64,000 nt of DNA from positions 414,297 to 478,296 of the forward strand of contig CAVXYX010000001.1 of NCBI GenBank assembly GCA_963766265.1, read 5' to 3'. Shown here piece after piece: positions 22,025 through 35,984 of the stretch. The notes beneath the pieces are model-generated. The model was not told the DNA's origin. It did not search any database and saw nothing but the letters and a program-made list of their open reading frames with translations. Every line of letters begins with the position of its first letter. The first letter of the stretch is position 1. This DNA comes from an uncultured Alphaproteobacteria bacterium. GTDB taxonomy: Bacteria; Pseudomonadota; Alphaproteobacteria; Micropepsales; Micropepsaceae. Position numbers and translations under genes: made by a program.

Positions 22025-23046
22025 CAGCGCGTTCTCGCCAAGGCAGCGATATTCATCATGGCGCGGCCGCAGACCGCTTGCGCGGGAACCGCGGTGGTGC
22101 GGCTCAAGGCTTCCGCCTCCAGGAGCATGTCCAGCGCGTCGGCCAGCTTTTCCTCGTTCCAGCGATTGGCCTGGGCCTTGAAGGACTGCTCGCGCAGGAA
22201 ATGCACCGGCGGGCGCAGCTTCTTCATCGCCACATCCAAGCCTTCACCCCGGCGCATATTCTCTTTGACCAGGGTGAGGCGCTGGAAATGGCCCATCGCG
22301 CCGCGCAGCACCTGGTTGACGGAAATGTCGGCGGTCCAGAGCCGCTCCAGCGCCAGATCCAGGCGCGGAAGGTCGCCGCTGCCCGCCGCGTCGGAGGCTT
22401 CTTCGGCACGGGCCTCGGCTTCGTCGCCCATGGCGGCGCGCACGTCTTCCAGGGTGATGCTTTTGCGCCCCTGGGCATAGAGCATCAGTTTTTCCAGTTC
22501 GCGCCGCGTCACGCCACGGTCGGAGCCCAGCCGCGACACAGCATCGGCCAGCGCATCGGGCGCGATGGAAAAGCCTTCGCCGCGCAACGTCTCGCGCACC
22601 ACTTCTTCCAGGCTGCGCGCGGTGTCGGCATAGCAGGCGATCGCCGCCGCCTTGTCCGTCGTTACCGAACAATTTGGGCAGGCCGCTGGATCTGTTGAGA
22701 TCGCCGCCTTCCACCACCACCAGGGCGTCGCCGGGCGGATCGTCCAGAAAACCCTCGAACAACTCGGCGAGATTGTTGCTGGCTCCGCGCACCCGCACCA
22801 CCCGGCGCCCGCCCATCATGGAGATCGCTGCGGCTTCATCGGCCAGCCGCGCGGGATCGGAGAGAGCGTGCTTTCGCTCAAATCGGCGACATTGAAGGCA
22901 TCGGCGAGATCGGCGACCACGCTTTTGAGCAATTTCTCGGCGCGCTCCTGCACCAGGCCGGCATCGGGCCCATAGACCAGTGCCGCGCGCAAATGCTTGG
23001 GCGGATTGGCGGCGAAGCGATCCGCCTCCTGGGTCTTGACGATCAT
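22024..23046 (-). CDS. holA: DNA polymerase III delta subunit
   Basis: [28 protein letters not shown]; leuS-lptE-holA synteny. Confidence 0.9.
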
Positions 23047-23613
23047 CGCCGGCCGCTGAAATAGGCGCCCAGATCCATGCGAATGCGGTCGGCCAGATCG
23101 TCGGCGGCGCGGCGGTCGGAATCCTGCTGCACCGCCGAGCGTCGAATAAGGCGCGTTCGAGACGTTGTAGGAAGCGAGACTGGTCATGGCTGCCGCTGGT
23201 CACCTGTTTGCCATTGGCGTCGGTCAGGACATAAGCGGCGGTGATCGTGTCGTTATAGCGGGTGATGGTGGCGTCGTTCTGCAGCGCCACGCCGTTCGAG
23301 GCTTCGGTGAGAGTGAGCGTGAGGAAATAGTTCTTGCCCGCTTCGTGGCCATCCGAGCCCAGAAGATCGATCAACTGATTGCGCAGCTCATAGCCGTCGC
23401 GTTCCGGCACCGGCTCGACATAGATGGATGCCAGCTCCGGCGCCAGCTTCCCCCCGCCATACATGGGATGAAAGCCGCAGCCGGCAAGCATCAAGCACGC
23501 AAAAACAATGCCCGCCACTGGCACAAACCCGCCTCCCCTGCGCGCGAAGCGCTGGCGGGGGAGGTGGCCGTAGCACGGATCAGGTGCGAAGGCCGGAGGG
23601 GGCAAAGAAGGCT

Positions 23614-23617
<4 letters not shown>
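23043..23617 (-). CDS. lptE: LPS assembly lipoprotein LptE
   Basis: Lipobox [11 protein letters not shown]; lies between leuS and holA. Confidence 0.85.
23530..23602. repeat. Palindromic intergenic-type repeat, family A copy 1
   Basis: CGCCTCCCCTGCGCGCGAAGCGCTGGCGGGGGAGGTGGCCGTAGCAC...AGGTGCGAAGGCCGGAGGGGG; near-identical inverted copy at 45676-45750. Confidence 0.85.
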
Positions 23618-26153
<2,536 letters not shown>

Positions 26154-26215
26154 ATTCTGCCTTTCGATACGTGGCGTAAGGACCTCGCCTTCGGTCTGCA
26201 ATATTGGTCGCTAGG

Positions 26216-26258
26216 GTCCCTATCGGAAATTCGCTACACACTTTTTCTGGCCCCGCTC
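26216..26258. repeat. Short intergenic repeat, family B copy 1
   Basis: CGGAAATTCGCTACACACTTTTTCTGG-CCCCGCTC; similar to 28110-28155. Confidence 0.65.
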
Positions 26259-26288
26259 CCGAGCCCGTCGAACAGGCTGGGCCGGTAT

Positions 26289-26747
26289 TTATGCGCGGGG
26301 GTTAAAAGTTGCCAGACGCAATTCGCGCGCGCGGGTCAGGATCGCGTCTTCGAGCTTGTGCGCCGTGTCGGGGCTGGGCGCGGCGTCGGCCCAGGCCGCG
26401 CCGCTGCGGGTCTGGCGGAAGACCACCACTTTGAGCCCGTCGGCGCGCAAGATTGCGATCGAGAATATAGATGGTGACCTTGAGCCGTTCATTGGGCGCA
26501 TTGGGCGCGACATACCAGTCGGTGATGATCACGCCGCCGAACGGATCGGCGCTGGCCAAGCGGCATGAAGGACAAGGTGTCGAGCGCGGCGTGCCAGAGA
26601 TAGGAATTGACCCCGAGCGTCATCTTGCCCTGGCCGCCCGCGACGATGGTGGCGCCGGTTTCCATGTCGGTGGATGGTCTCGCCGCCGCCGCAACCGGCA
26701 AGCACGGGCAGCGTCAACGCGCACAGCAACAAGGGCAGAATTCGCAT
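26289..26747 (-). CDS. DUF3576-like lipoprotein
   Basis: Lipobox LAGC; GVNSYLWHAALDTLSFMPL, ADPFGGVIITDWY. Confidence 0.85.
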
Positions 26748-26888
26748 CAGGTTCGTTCCTTCGACGGTGCCCAACAGGGTTACCGTCCACCCCCTGGCCT
26801 GGCTCGGCTTATACTGGCACGGGGGCGGTCACGCAACGGCGCGCGCCTTGTCGCGGGCAGCGTGGTTTGGCTTATGTTAGAAGGGCTT

Positions 26889-28094
26889 ATGGCGGGGCGG
26901 AAATTTCAAAAAGGCAATGGAGCGGCATTGGGATGGGCGGCTTTGGGGCTGGTCCTGGCGGGAACCCAGGCCTTCGCCCAGGGCAGCGGCCTGACGCTGG
27001 ACCCGTTCGAGACGGTGATCGGCAATGCCCAGTTGTCCCTGGGCGGCGCGGCCAGCGGCGGCCCTGTTCGACACCAACCTGAAAAGCCAGCCGGCGGCGT
27101 CGGGCGCGCTCAAGGCGATGCCCCGGCTCCATCGCGATTACGATTCCGGCCTTGACGCTGGGGCTCGCCGCCACCCTGGCGGTGAGCGATCCCTTGTCGC
27201 GCGGCCGTTATGACGGCGATTTTTTCGAGAAATTCTATGGCGAGGCGCGCACCGGACTGGGCCGGGTCGAGATCGGCCTCACCGACGGCGGCGGTTATGA
27301 CGTGGCGGTGACGGGCCCCAAGGTGGACGCCCAGGTCTCGCTCGACGATCCCCAAACCACGTTCTTCCGCGATCCCGCCACGCACCATGCCGTGACCGAC
27401 ATGTTCGCGCTGCGCACAGAAGTGGGCGCGTCCTCCAACTATGCCAAATTCGCCTATCTCAGTCCGGCGCTGTTCGGTCTGCAGCTGGCATTGTCGTTCA
27501 CGCCCAGCCAGAGCCGGGAAGCGGTGCCTTTCCTGAACCAAGGCCGCATCGGTGCCGGATCGCCAAAGCCGACATGTGGGAAGCGGGCTTGCGTTATTCC
27601 GACGAATTTCGGCCCCGTCACGCTCACCGGCTATGGCGGACTTGTCGAAGGCGAAGGCGAGCACAAGCTCCCGGGCCAGGAAGGGGTAAGCGATCTGGGC
27701 GCCGGCGTGCGCGTGGATTACGCGGTGAATGACGATCTGGCGCTGTCGCTGGGCGGCTCCTACCGCCAGAGCAACGCTTATGCGTTCGACATCAGCCATA
27801 GCCAGCAAAGCGGCACCACCCATGCGCTCCTTTGTTTCGGCGCGAGCGCCACTTACGATCAGTGGGTGGCGGGCCTGGAATACGGCAACGGCAATCGCGG
27901 GCGCGGTTGCCGGCCTGCCGCAACTGGGCCTCAACGGTTATCAGGCCTCATTGGGTTATGTGCTGAACAAGAACTGGCAGATCACCGGCGGCTGGCAGCG
28001 ATTGGATTATGCGCGCTCCATCGGCCTGTTCTTCAATGGCGCGCCGCATCTGGGCATGGATGCGGGTTTCCTGCATCTCAATCTTCACGTCTAA
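26889..28094 (+). CDS. Outer membrane porin (frameshifted)
   Basis: Signal peptide (AGTQAFAQ), GRVEIG, amphipathic beta strands, C-terminal FLHLNLHV. Confidence 0.7.
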
Positions 28095-28109
28095 GACATT
28101 TTCTTTGTC

Positions 28110-28155
28110 GCGGTTCCGGACGGAAAACCGCTACACACTTTTCCTGGAACCGCTC
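28110..28155. repeat. Short intergenic repeat, family B copy 2
   Basis: GCGGTTCCGGACGGAAAACCGCTACACACTTTTCCTGGAACCGC, self-complementary ends. Confidence 0.65.
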
Positions 28156-28704
28156 AACGCGCCAATCGCGGCGAAGCCGGCGAAGCCTTTCAGCAAAGGC
28201 GCATTGCGCGCGGTGACGCCGCCCAGCGCCACGACCGGCAGCAACGCATGCCGCGCGATCAATCTGCGCGCGAACCGCCGTCAAGGGATGCGCCTTGGGA
28301 TGGCTCTTGGTGGCGAAGACCGGCGACAGCAAGTGCCGCATCGGCATAAGCGATGTGCAGGGCGCAGGCAGAATGGGCCGCCACGGTGATCAGCCAATGC
28401 GGCCTGAGCGCGCGCCAATGCGCCGCGTCCCGCGCACGCTTCTCGGGCAGATGAAGGCCATGCAGGCGGTCGGCCAGAACCGGATCGTCCGCGGCCAGCA
28501 GGATCAGGCCGCGGGTCTGGGCTCGCAAGGATTCCGCCAACGCCTGGCGGCGCTCCGCATCGCGCGCGCGCACGATCACCATGCTGCCTTTGGGCAGGCG
28601 GAGCGCCGCGGCAAAGGGATCGGCGAGGCGATCATCGTCGGTGACAAGAACCAGCAAACTCGCGTTGAGAGAAGAGGCTGTCTTGCTAGTTTCCCGCCCG
28701 TCAT
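28140..28704 (-). CDS. Thiamine phosphate synthase-like (TenI/ThiE family) protein
   Basis: VTDDDRLADP, GLHLPE, TVAAHS, SPVFATKSHP, ALGGVT; ends approximate. Confidence 0.75.
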
Positions 28705-29374
28705 GAACATCCCGGAAAATCTGAGCCGCCATTCTGGCGCGCATCGAGGCGGCGCGGAAGGCGGCGATCGCGCCCGCCCCCAAGACAAGATTGGTGGCGG
28801 TGAGCAAGACCATGCCCGAGGACGGCGTTCGCGCGGCCCTGGCCGCGGGCCAGCGCCTGTTCGGCGAGAACCGGGTGCAGGAAGCGCAAGCCAAATTCCC
28901 CCAATTGAAAGCAGGAATTCCCGGACCTGGAATTGCACCTGATCGGTCCCTTGCAGACCAACAAAGTGAAAGAAGCCGCCGCGCTGTTCGACACCATCGA
29001 AACCTTGGACCGCGACCAGGTTGGCCGATGCGTTGGCCGCCGAACGCGACAAACACGGCAAATGCCCCCGGCTTTTCATTCAAGTGAATACCGGCGAAGA
29101 GCCGCAAAAGGCCGGCGTGATGCCGAAAGAGACCGAAGGCCTGATCGCCTATGCGCGCAATTTGAATCTGCCCGTGATCGGCCTGATGTGCATTCCGCCA
29201 ATCGAGGACGACGCCGCGCCCCATTTCGCCTTCCTGGCCAAGCTGGCCAAGGAAAACGGCCTTGCCGAACTCAGCATGGGCATGAGCGGCGATTTCGAGA
29301 TGGCGATACGTTTCGGCGCGAGCTATGTGCGGGTGGGTTCAGCGATCTTCGGGTCGCGCGACGCTAACCGGTGA
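28703..29374 (+). CDS. yggS: PLP homeostasis protein YggS
   Basis: LVAVSKT, FGENRVQE, HLIGPLQTNK, LSMGMSGDF, VRVGSAIFG. Confidence 0.93.
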
Positions 29375-29870
29375 TCAGCACCTTGTCGCCCGGCTGAATT
29401 TGGGCCAGCGCCGCGCGCAGATCATGCTCGGTCATTGCCACACAGCCGGCGGTATGGGGATAGCCATCCCGCGCCAGGTGCAGGAACACGGCGCTGCCTT
29501 TGCCCTGCACCACCGGGTCGTCGTTGAAGCCGATCACCACGATGATGTCGTAGACATGGCTGTCCAGCCAGAGATGCTCGGCGCTCACCGGGTAGGGATG
29601 CTTGACCAGCTTGTTGTAGTTGGGATCGCCAGGGTGATCGCACCAGCCATCGTCCTTTTCCAGCGCCCGCGCCGGCAGGATGCAGCGAGGCTGCTCGAGC
29701 CGGTCGGCGCGCCAGAACAGGCGGCGGAAGGGATAAACCCCGATGGGCGTGACGCCGTCGCCCTCGCCTTGCTTGTGGGCGATGCCGCCAGGGCCCACGG
29801 CGCAACGCCTGGGGCCCGCGCCCCAGTCCACCACGGTGCCGGCCGGCGAGTTGGAAACGATCAGGTCCAT
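29364..29870 (-). CDS. L,D-transpeptidase family protein
   Basis: KQGEGDGVTP, GSAVFLH...TAGCVA. Confidence 0.85.
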   Translation of the reverse strand: MDLIVSNSPAGTVVDWGAGPRRCAVGPGGIAHKQGEGDGVTPIGVYPFRRLFWRADRLEQPRCILPARALEKDDGWCDHPGDPNYNKLVKHPYPVSAEHLWLDSHVYDIIVVIGFNDDPVVQGKGSAVFLHLARDGYPHTAGCVAMTEHDLRAALAQIQPGDKVLITG

Positions 29871-29899
29871 GAATTAAGCTTAGCGCAAGTTGGACTTTG

Positions 29900-30062
29900 A
29901 GGCACCAGGGGTAGCCCGGTCGGCCAAGCGCACCGCCGTGGAGTGCTGCTTAGGTGGCGGCAAGTTTATGTAAAAGGAATCTTCGCCCGATGGACTTACC
30001 ATTGTTCGAGCCGCGCGTTTCGCTTCGCGTGGGCTGGACTCCGCCAACATAAAAGGGCCTTA
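29900..30062. ncRNA. Candidate structured RNA (unassigned)
   Basis: Nested stems closing a 3-way junction (29965-30053) in an intergenic region; no family recognised. Confidence 0.35.
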
Positions 30063-30163
30063 TTTGCAGGCACTTGATCCTGTTCTGGGCGGATCGGGGC
30101 AGAAATGCCGCCTTTCAGGGAATTTTGGAGCGCGCTATTCTTGGCGCGTCCGGATGGAGCGAC

Positions 30164-30832
30164 ATGCCCAGCGCCAAGCGCGTGCTATTGGTCGACGGGG
30201 ACGAGATTCTCCGCGCCTCTCTGGCTGAACAATTGGTGCGCGAAGGCGCCTATGCGGTGGTCGAGGCCGCCAGCGGCGCGGAAGCGCGAGGCTTGGCCAA
30301 GGACGGCGGATACGCCTTCGCCATCATCGACCAAAGCCTGTCTGACGGCGCGGGCGACATTCTGGTGCAGGATTTGAAGACGTCGGGGTTCGATGCGCCG
30401 ATCCTGCTCTTGTCGGAGCAGGACGCGCCTTTGCCCGCGGTCGAATATATCGAAAAGCCGTTCCGCTTTGCCGCCCTGCTCGCCCGCCTCAACGCCCATC
30501 TGGGCCGTCATACCTCGAGCGACGAGACCCCGTTCGAGATCGGGCCTTATCTGTTTCGGCCCGGCGCCAAGCTTCTGGTCCAGGGCGAGCGCAAGGTGCG
30601 GCTGACCGAGAAGGAAACCGACATCCTGAAATTCCTTCATGCCGCGGGCGCGACCGTGCCGCGCGAGACATTGCTGCACGAAGTCTGGGGCTATAACCCC
30701 GCCGTCACCACCCACACGCTGGAAACACACATCTATCGGCTGCGCAAGAAAATCGAGGAAAATCCGGGAGAAGCACGGATTCTGCTGACCGAGGGCGGGG
30801 GCTATAGGCTGGCGTCCCGCCCTATTGTTTAA
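30164..30832 (+). CDS. OmpR-family response regulator
   Basis: REC domain (VLLVD, KPF) plus wHTH LTEKE...VWGYNPAVTTHTLETHIYRLRKKIE. Confidence 0.92.
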   Translation: MPSAKRVLLVDGDEILRASLAEQLVREGAYAVVEAASGAEARGLAKDGGYAFAIIDQSLSDGAGDILVQDLKTSGFDAPILLLSEQDAPLPAVEYIEKPFRFAALLARLNAHLGRHTSSDETPFEIGPYLFRPGAKLLVQGERKVRLTEKETDILKFLHAAGATVPRETLLHEVWGYNPAVTTHTLETHIYRLRKKIEENPGEARILLTEGGGYRLASRPIV

Positions 30833-30906
30833 CGGGCGTTAACCCTTTCGGCCGACCATAAGGGCATGGGGAGAGAGTCAGAACCGAACCCGGATGGAAG
30901 AAGCCC

Positions 30907-32932
30907 GTGAAGGCGGGTGCGCCGGCGCGCTTGTTCGACGACGAGGACCGCCCCCCTCCCCGCCCGCGCAAAAGACGCCTCTGGCCTTATGTGCTTTTGA
31001 TGCTGATCGCCTGGGGCGCGATCTTCGTAAGCGTCTTCTGGTCGCATTTCCTGTCGAACCTTCCGCCGGTGCACAATCTTCTGGCCGCCGCGCCGGCGCG
31101 CGACGTCACCATCCTGGACGATCATGGCCGCATGATCGCGCGGCGCGGCCTGACCCACAAAGCCACGGTGCAAGTCGAGGACCTGCCCGGCTATGTCCCC
31201 AACGCCTTCATCGCCATCGAGGACCGCCGCTTCCGCGAACATATCGGGCTCGATCCCATCGGCATGATCCGCGCCGCGCTGGAGAACATGGCGGCGGGCC
31301 ATGTGGTGCAGGGCGGTTCGACGCTCACGCAGCAGCTGGCCAAGAATCTCTTCCTCGATCCCAACCGCACCTTCGACCGCAAGCTCCAGGAAGCGATGCT
31401 GGCGATCTATCTGGAGTCGCATTATTCCAAGAACCAGATCCTCACGCTTTATCTCAATCGCGTCTATTTCGGCGCCGGCATCTATGGCATCGAGGCGGCG
31501 AGCGAAAAATTCTTCGGCAAGCATGCGAATGAGCTGGGCCTGACCGAAGCCGCGATGCTGGCGGGCAGCGTCAAGGCGCCGACGCGCTACAATCCCCTGG
31601 CCGATGCCGACGCCTCGCTGGCGCGCGCCGATGTGGTGCTGCGCGCGATGCAGGAGGCCGGCTTCATCGACGCGAGCGAGCGCGCCCAGGCGGAAGCGAA
31701 CAAGGCCGCGCATCGTCTCCAGCGCGGGCACGCCGGAATCCGGCTATTTCGCCGATTGGGTGATTGTCGCAGCTGGACGGGATATTGGGCCATGGCGCGC
31801 GAGCCGGTGATGGTGGAGACCAGCTTCGATCTCGACACCCAGGCATGGCCGAACGCGCCGTGGCATCAGGGCCTGGATGCCGAAGGCGAGAAGATTCGGG
31901 CCGGCCAGGCGGCGCTTGGTGGCGATGACGCCGGACGGCGCCATCCGCGCCATGGTGGGCGGCCGCTCCTATGCCCATTCCAGCTTCAATCGCGCCACCG
32001 ACGCGGTGCGCCAGCCCGGCTCCGCCTTCAAGCCCTTCGTCTATCTCACCGCCTTCGAACATGGCCGCACGCCCGACGACATCATGCATGACGGGCCGGT
32101 GGATATTCATGGCTGGAAGCCGTCGGATTTCGAAGGCGAATATCAGGGCGACATCACGCTGACCCAGCGCCTTCGCCGAATTCGTCCAATGCCGTGGCGG
32201 CGCAATTGACCGATGAAGTGGGCCCGAAGGAAGTGGCCAGCACCGCGCGGCGCTTGGGCATCGACTCGCCGCTGGAAGCAGTGGCGTCGCTGGCGCTGGG
32301 CACCTCGGGCGTGACGCCGCTGGAATTGACCGGCGCCTATGCTGCCTTTCGCCAATGGCGGCGATGGCGTGATGCCCTTTGCCATCACCCGCATCCGCAC
32401 CAGGCAACGGAAAGATCCTCTATCAGCGCAAGCCGGGCGCGCTGGGTGCGGTGATGTCGCCTGCCAACGATGCCGCCATGACCGGGCTGATGGTGCAGAC
32501 AGTGGTCTGACCGGCACCGGCAAGGCGGCGCGGCTGGCCGAGCGGCCCACCGCGGGCAAGACCGGCACCACCCAGGATTTCCATGACGCCTGGTTCGTCG
32601 GCTTCACCGCCGATCTGGTGACGGGCGTGTGGGTGGGCAATGACAATTCCCCGCCCATGAAGAAAGCCACCGGCGGCGGCGTGCCGGCGCATATTTTCCA
32701 CGCCTTCATGGAAGACGCCGAACAGGGACGCCCCGTGCGGCCCCTGGTGGGGAGCCAATTGATGGCAGCGGCAGAACCGGAGCCGGCGATTGCCGCCATG
32801 CCGGCGCCTGCTCCCTTGGTGGCGCCGCCGGCGTCGCCACCGGCGCCTGTGCCGGCTTCCACACCGGCGCAGCCCGCCAAGGATCCATTCCAGCAGATAT
32901 TGGACAGCCTATTCGGCGGGGCCAAATCCTAA
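30907..32932 (+). CDS. Class A penicillin-binding protein (PBP1A family; frameshifted)
   Basis: [36 protein letters not shown]. Confidence 0.92.
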
Positions 32933-32954
32933 TCACGGCGTAGCACATCACGTC

Positions 32955-33030
32955 CGCCTCCCCCGCGCATGCGAAGCATGCTGGTAGGGGAGGTGCCCGT
33001 GAGCCACGCTCTCGAGCCAGCGGTGGGCGC
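32955..33030. repeat. Degenerate family A repeat, copy 2
   Basis: CGCCTCCCCCGCGCATGCGAAGCATGCTGGTAGGGGAGGTG between convergent genes. Confidence 0.6.
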
Positions 33031-33036
33031 AGCGGT

Positions 33037-33796
33037 CTAATTATAGCGCAGCAGATTGCGGCCGTGATCGCGCAGCCATTGGCGGGCGCGGACGCTGTCG
33101 GGCGACAAGATTTTTCACATGCGCCCAGAAGCGCGGGCGAGTGATTCATTTCCTTCAGATGCGCCACTTCATGCGCCACCACATAATCGCGCACATAGTC
33201 GGGCGCGAAAATCAGCCGCCAGGAAAATGACAATGCGCCGTTGCTGGTTGCAGGAGCCCCAGCGGCTTTTGGTGTCGCGCACCGTAATGCGCTGAGGGCG
33301 CGCTCCCAGTCGCGCGGCATAGTCCAGCGCGCGTGCGGCGAACAAGGTCCGCGCCTGCTGCTTGAAGAAATCGATCAGCCGGCGCGGCGCATGTTCGACG
33401 CGGCCGCTGACCAGGATGGCGCCGTCCTCGGTCCAGACCGGCGCAGGACCCCGCATCGCGCTGTGGCGGATGGGATGGCACTGGCCCAGATAAGGCACCA
33501 CCGCGCCTGGCGCCAACGCCACCGGTTTCGGGCAGGTGTTTCAGTTGGCGCGCGATCCATTGCGTCTCGCCCCGCGCGAACGCCAGCGCCGGGCCCGCGC
33601 CGCCGCGCGCCGGCGCGGTGACCACCACTTCGCCGGTGGCGGGATGGACCCGCATGACAATGCGCCGCGCGCGGGCATTGAGCCGCACCGAGACCGCGAC
33701 ATCGGCGCCGTCGATCGCCAGCAATTCCTGCGCGGCGGCGGCTCGCTTTTCGGCGCGCTTGGCCTTAGGCTTGCGCCGCAAAAGGGACTTCAACAT
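33037..33796 (-). CDS. M48/YgjP (DUF45) metallopeptidase-like protein
   Basis: RDTKSRWGSC, FSWRL, YVVAHEVAHL (HExxH). Confidence 0.88.
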
Positions 33797-34220
33797 GTCA
33801 GAACGTCCACGCTTTCATCTGGCGTTTCCGGTGCGCGATCTTGCCGAGGCACGCGCATTTTACGGCGATTTGCTCGGCTGTCCCGAAGGACGCTCGAGCG
33901 ATGACTGGGTCGATTTCGATTTCTTCGGCCATCAGATCGTCGCGCATTTAAGCCCGAACGAGGCCGGACACAAAGCACATAATGATGTGGATGGCGATCA
34001 GGTGCCGGTGCGTCATTTCGGCGCAATTCTTTCCATGACGGAATGGCAAGAAGCTTGCCGGCGCGCCTGACGGACAAGAAAATTTCGTTTCATCATCGAG
34101 CCCGGCATTCGTTTCGAAGGATTGCCTGGCGAACAGGCAACATTCTTTTTCCTCGATCCTCGCGGCAATGCGCTGGAGTTCAAGGCTTTCCATGATGACG
34201 CAGCCATCTTTGCGCGCTGA
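33795..34220 (+). CDS. VOC/glyoxalase family protein
   Basis: [35 protein letters not shown]. Confidence 0.88.
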
Positions 34221-34700
34221 CCGCATCGCCATCGCTGGTGGGCGCCGGCGGCGCTGGCCTGGTTCTGGGCGCGCTGGGCTTTCAATATATCGGCGGCATC
34301 CCGCCTTGCGAGATGTGTCATTGGCAGCGCTGGGCGCATATCGCCGCCGCGTTGATCGGCATATTGGGCGGCGTGATGGTGAAGCGCGAATCAACCGCGC
34401 GCACCCTGGCCTGGATCGCGATCCTGTTCGTGCTGGCGTCGGGACTGATCGGCGCCTATCAGACCGGCATGCGAATATCACATGCTGCCGGGTCCCGCCG
34501 CCTGCAGCGGCCATCGCTATGTCCTGGGCAGCAACATGCCGCCGCCGGAAGTGCAATGCGATGTCGTCACCTGGTCGCTGTTCGGCCTGTCGATGGCGTC
34601 TTACAATGCGATCTGCTCGTTCCTGATCGCGGCCTTGGGCGCGTTCGGCCTTGTCGGAAAAGCTGGCCGATCGCGCGCATGGCAAAACCATGCCGCGTAA
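34192..34700 (+). CDS. dsbB: Disulfide bond formation protein DsbB
   Basis: PCEMCHWQR, transmembrane segments, [12 protein letters not shown]. Confidence 0.82.
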
Positions 34701-35234
34701 GCCCAGGCCCAAGCGCCCGGCGCCGCGCCCGACACCGAGGCCATGATCCGGGTGGATCATGCCGGCGAATATGGCGCGGTGCGCATCTATGAAGGCCAGC
34801 TGGCGGTGCTGGGCAACCGCGCCAGCGCGCGACACCATCCGCCACATGGCCGAGCAGGAACAGCGCCATCTGAAGACCTTCGACCGGCTGGTGAATGAGC
34901 GCGGGTGCGGCCCACCGCGCTGGAGCCGGTGTGGCGGGTGGCGGGTTTTGCGCTGGGCGCGGCCACCGCGCTGATGGGCGAGAAGGCGGCCTTTGCCTGC
35001 ACCGCCGCGGTGGAAGAAGCGATCGACGAACATTATGCCAGCCAGATCGCCGAATCTGGGCGACAGCGATCCGGACTCTGAAGCAGACGGTGGAAGATTT
35101 CCGCGCCGACGAAGCGGCGCATCGCCAGACCGCGCTGGACCATGGCGCGGAACAGGCGCCGGGCTATCGGCTGCTCAGCGAAGCGATCAAGGCCGGCTGC
35201 CGCGTGGCGATAAAACTGTCGGAGAAAATCTTAG
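34690..35234 (+). CDS. coq7: Demethoxyubiquinone hydroxylase Coq7
   Basis: [36 protein letters not shown]. Confidence 0.88.
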
Positions 35235-35272
35235 GCGAGCGCGCGGGATCATGCCGCAGCTCGCGCGACGTG

Positions 35273-35858
35273 CTAAGCACTGGCACTGCGAGACTGCCAA
35301 GGCTCGAGCTCGAATCCCAATAGAGATAGTCCGCCCAGCATTCGTGCAGATAATTGGGCGGAAATTTGCGTCCGCGCTCGCGCAGCTCGGTCACCGTGGG
35401 CTGGTGCGGGCCGGTGGCGCGGATGCATGCCGGCCTGGGCCGGCAGCCGCCCGCCCTTCTGCAGATTGCAGGGGCTGCAGGCGGTGACGACATTTTCCCA
35501 GGTGGTGCGCCCGCCCCGGGAGCGGGGGATCACATGATCGAAGGTCAGGTCCTTGGGATCGCCGCAATATTGGCATTCGAAGCGGTCGCGCAGGAACACA
35601 TTGAACCGGGTGAAGGCGGGATGGCGCGCGGGCTTGATATAGGTCTTGAGCGAGACCACCGAAGGCAGCCTCATCTCGAAGCCGCGCCGAGTGCACCACC
35701 CGGTCATATTCTTCCAGGATGTTCACCCGCTCCAGGAACACCGCCTTGATGGTGTCCTGCCAGGACCAGAGCGACAGCGGGTAATAGCTCAACGGCCGGT
35801 AATCGGCGTTGAGCACCAGCGCCGGGCAATTGCTGGCGGAGCGTAAGGGGGCTAACAC
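35273..35858 (-). CDS. HNH endonuclease (McrA-like)
   Basis: [39 protein letters not shown]. Confidence 0.9.
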
Positions 35859-35984
35859 GGCTGAAATCCTGTGAAGGCGGCCTTCTCCTTTCGCTATTGG
35901 GCCGATAGTAAAGGCGATTCGACCTCATCCTCAAGCCGGTGGAATCAGCCTGCCAAAGGTGCGCCTGTGCATGTGACAGGCGCG

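Noticed and set aside
29900-30062. 6S RNA, tRNA or tmRNA call
   Set aside because: No cloverleaf/T-loop, no zapA-ygfA context and no tag-peptide frame recognised; kept as an unassigned candidate.
35273-35858. HNH nuclease as a defence system or mobile element
   Set aside because: Lone McrA-like HNH in housekeeping context, with no partner methylase, ATPase or element ends.
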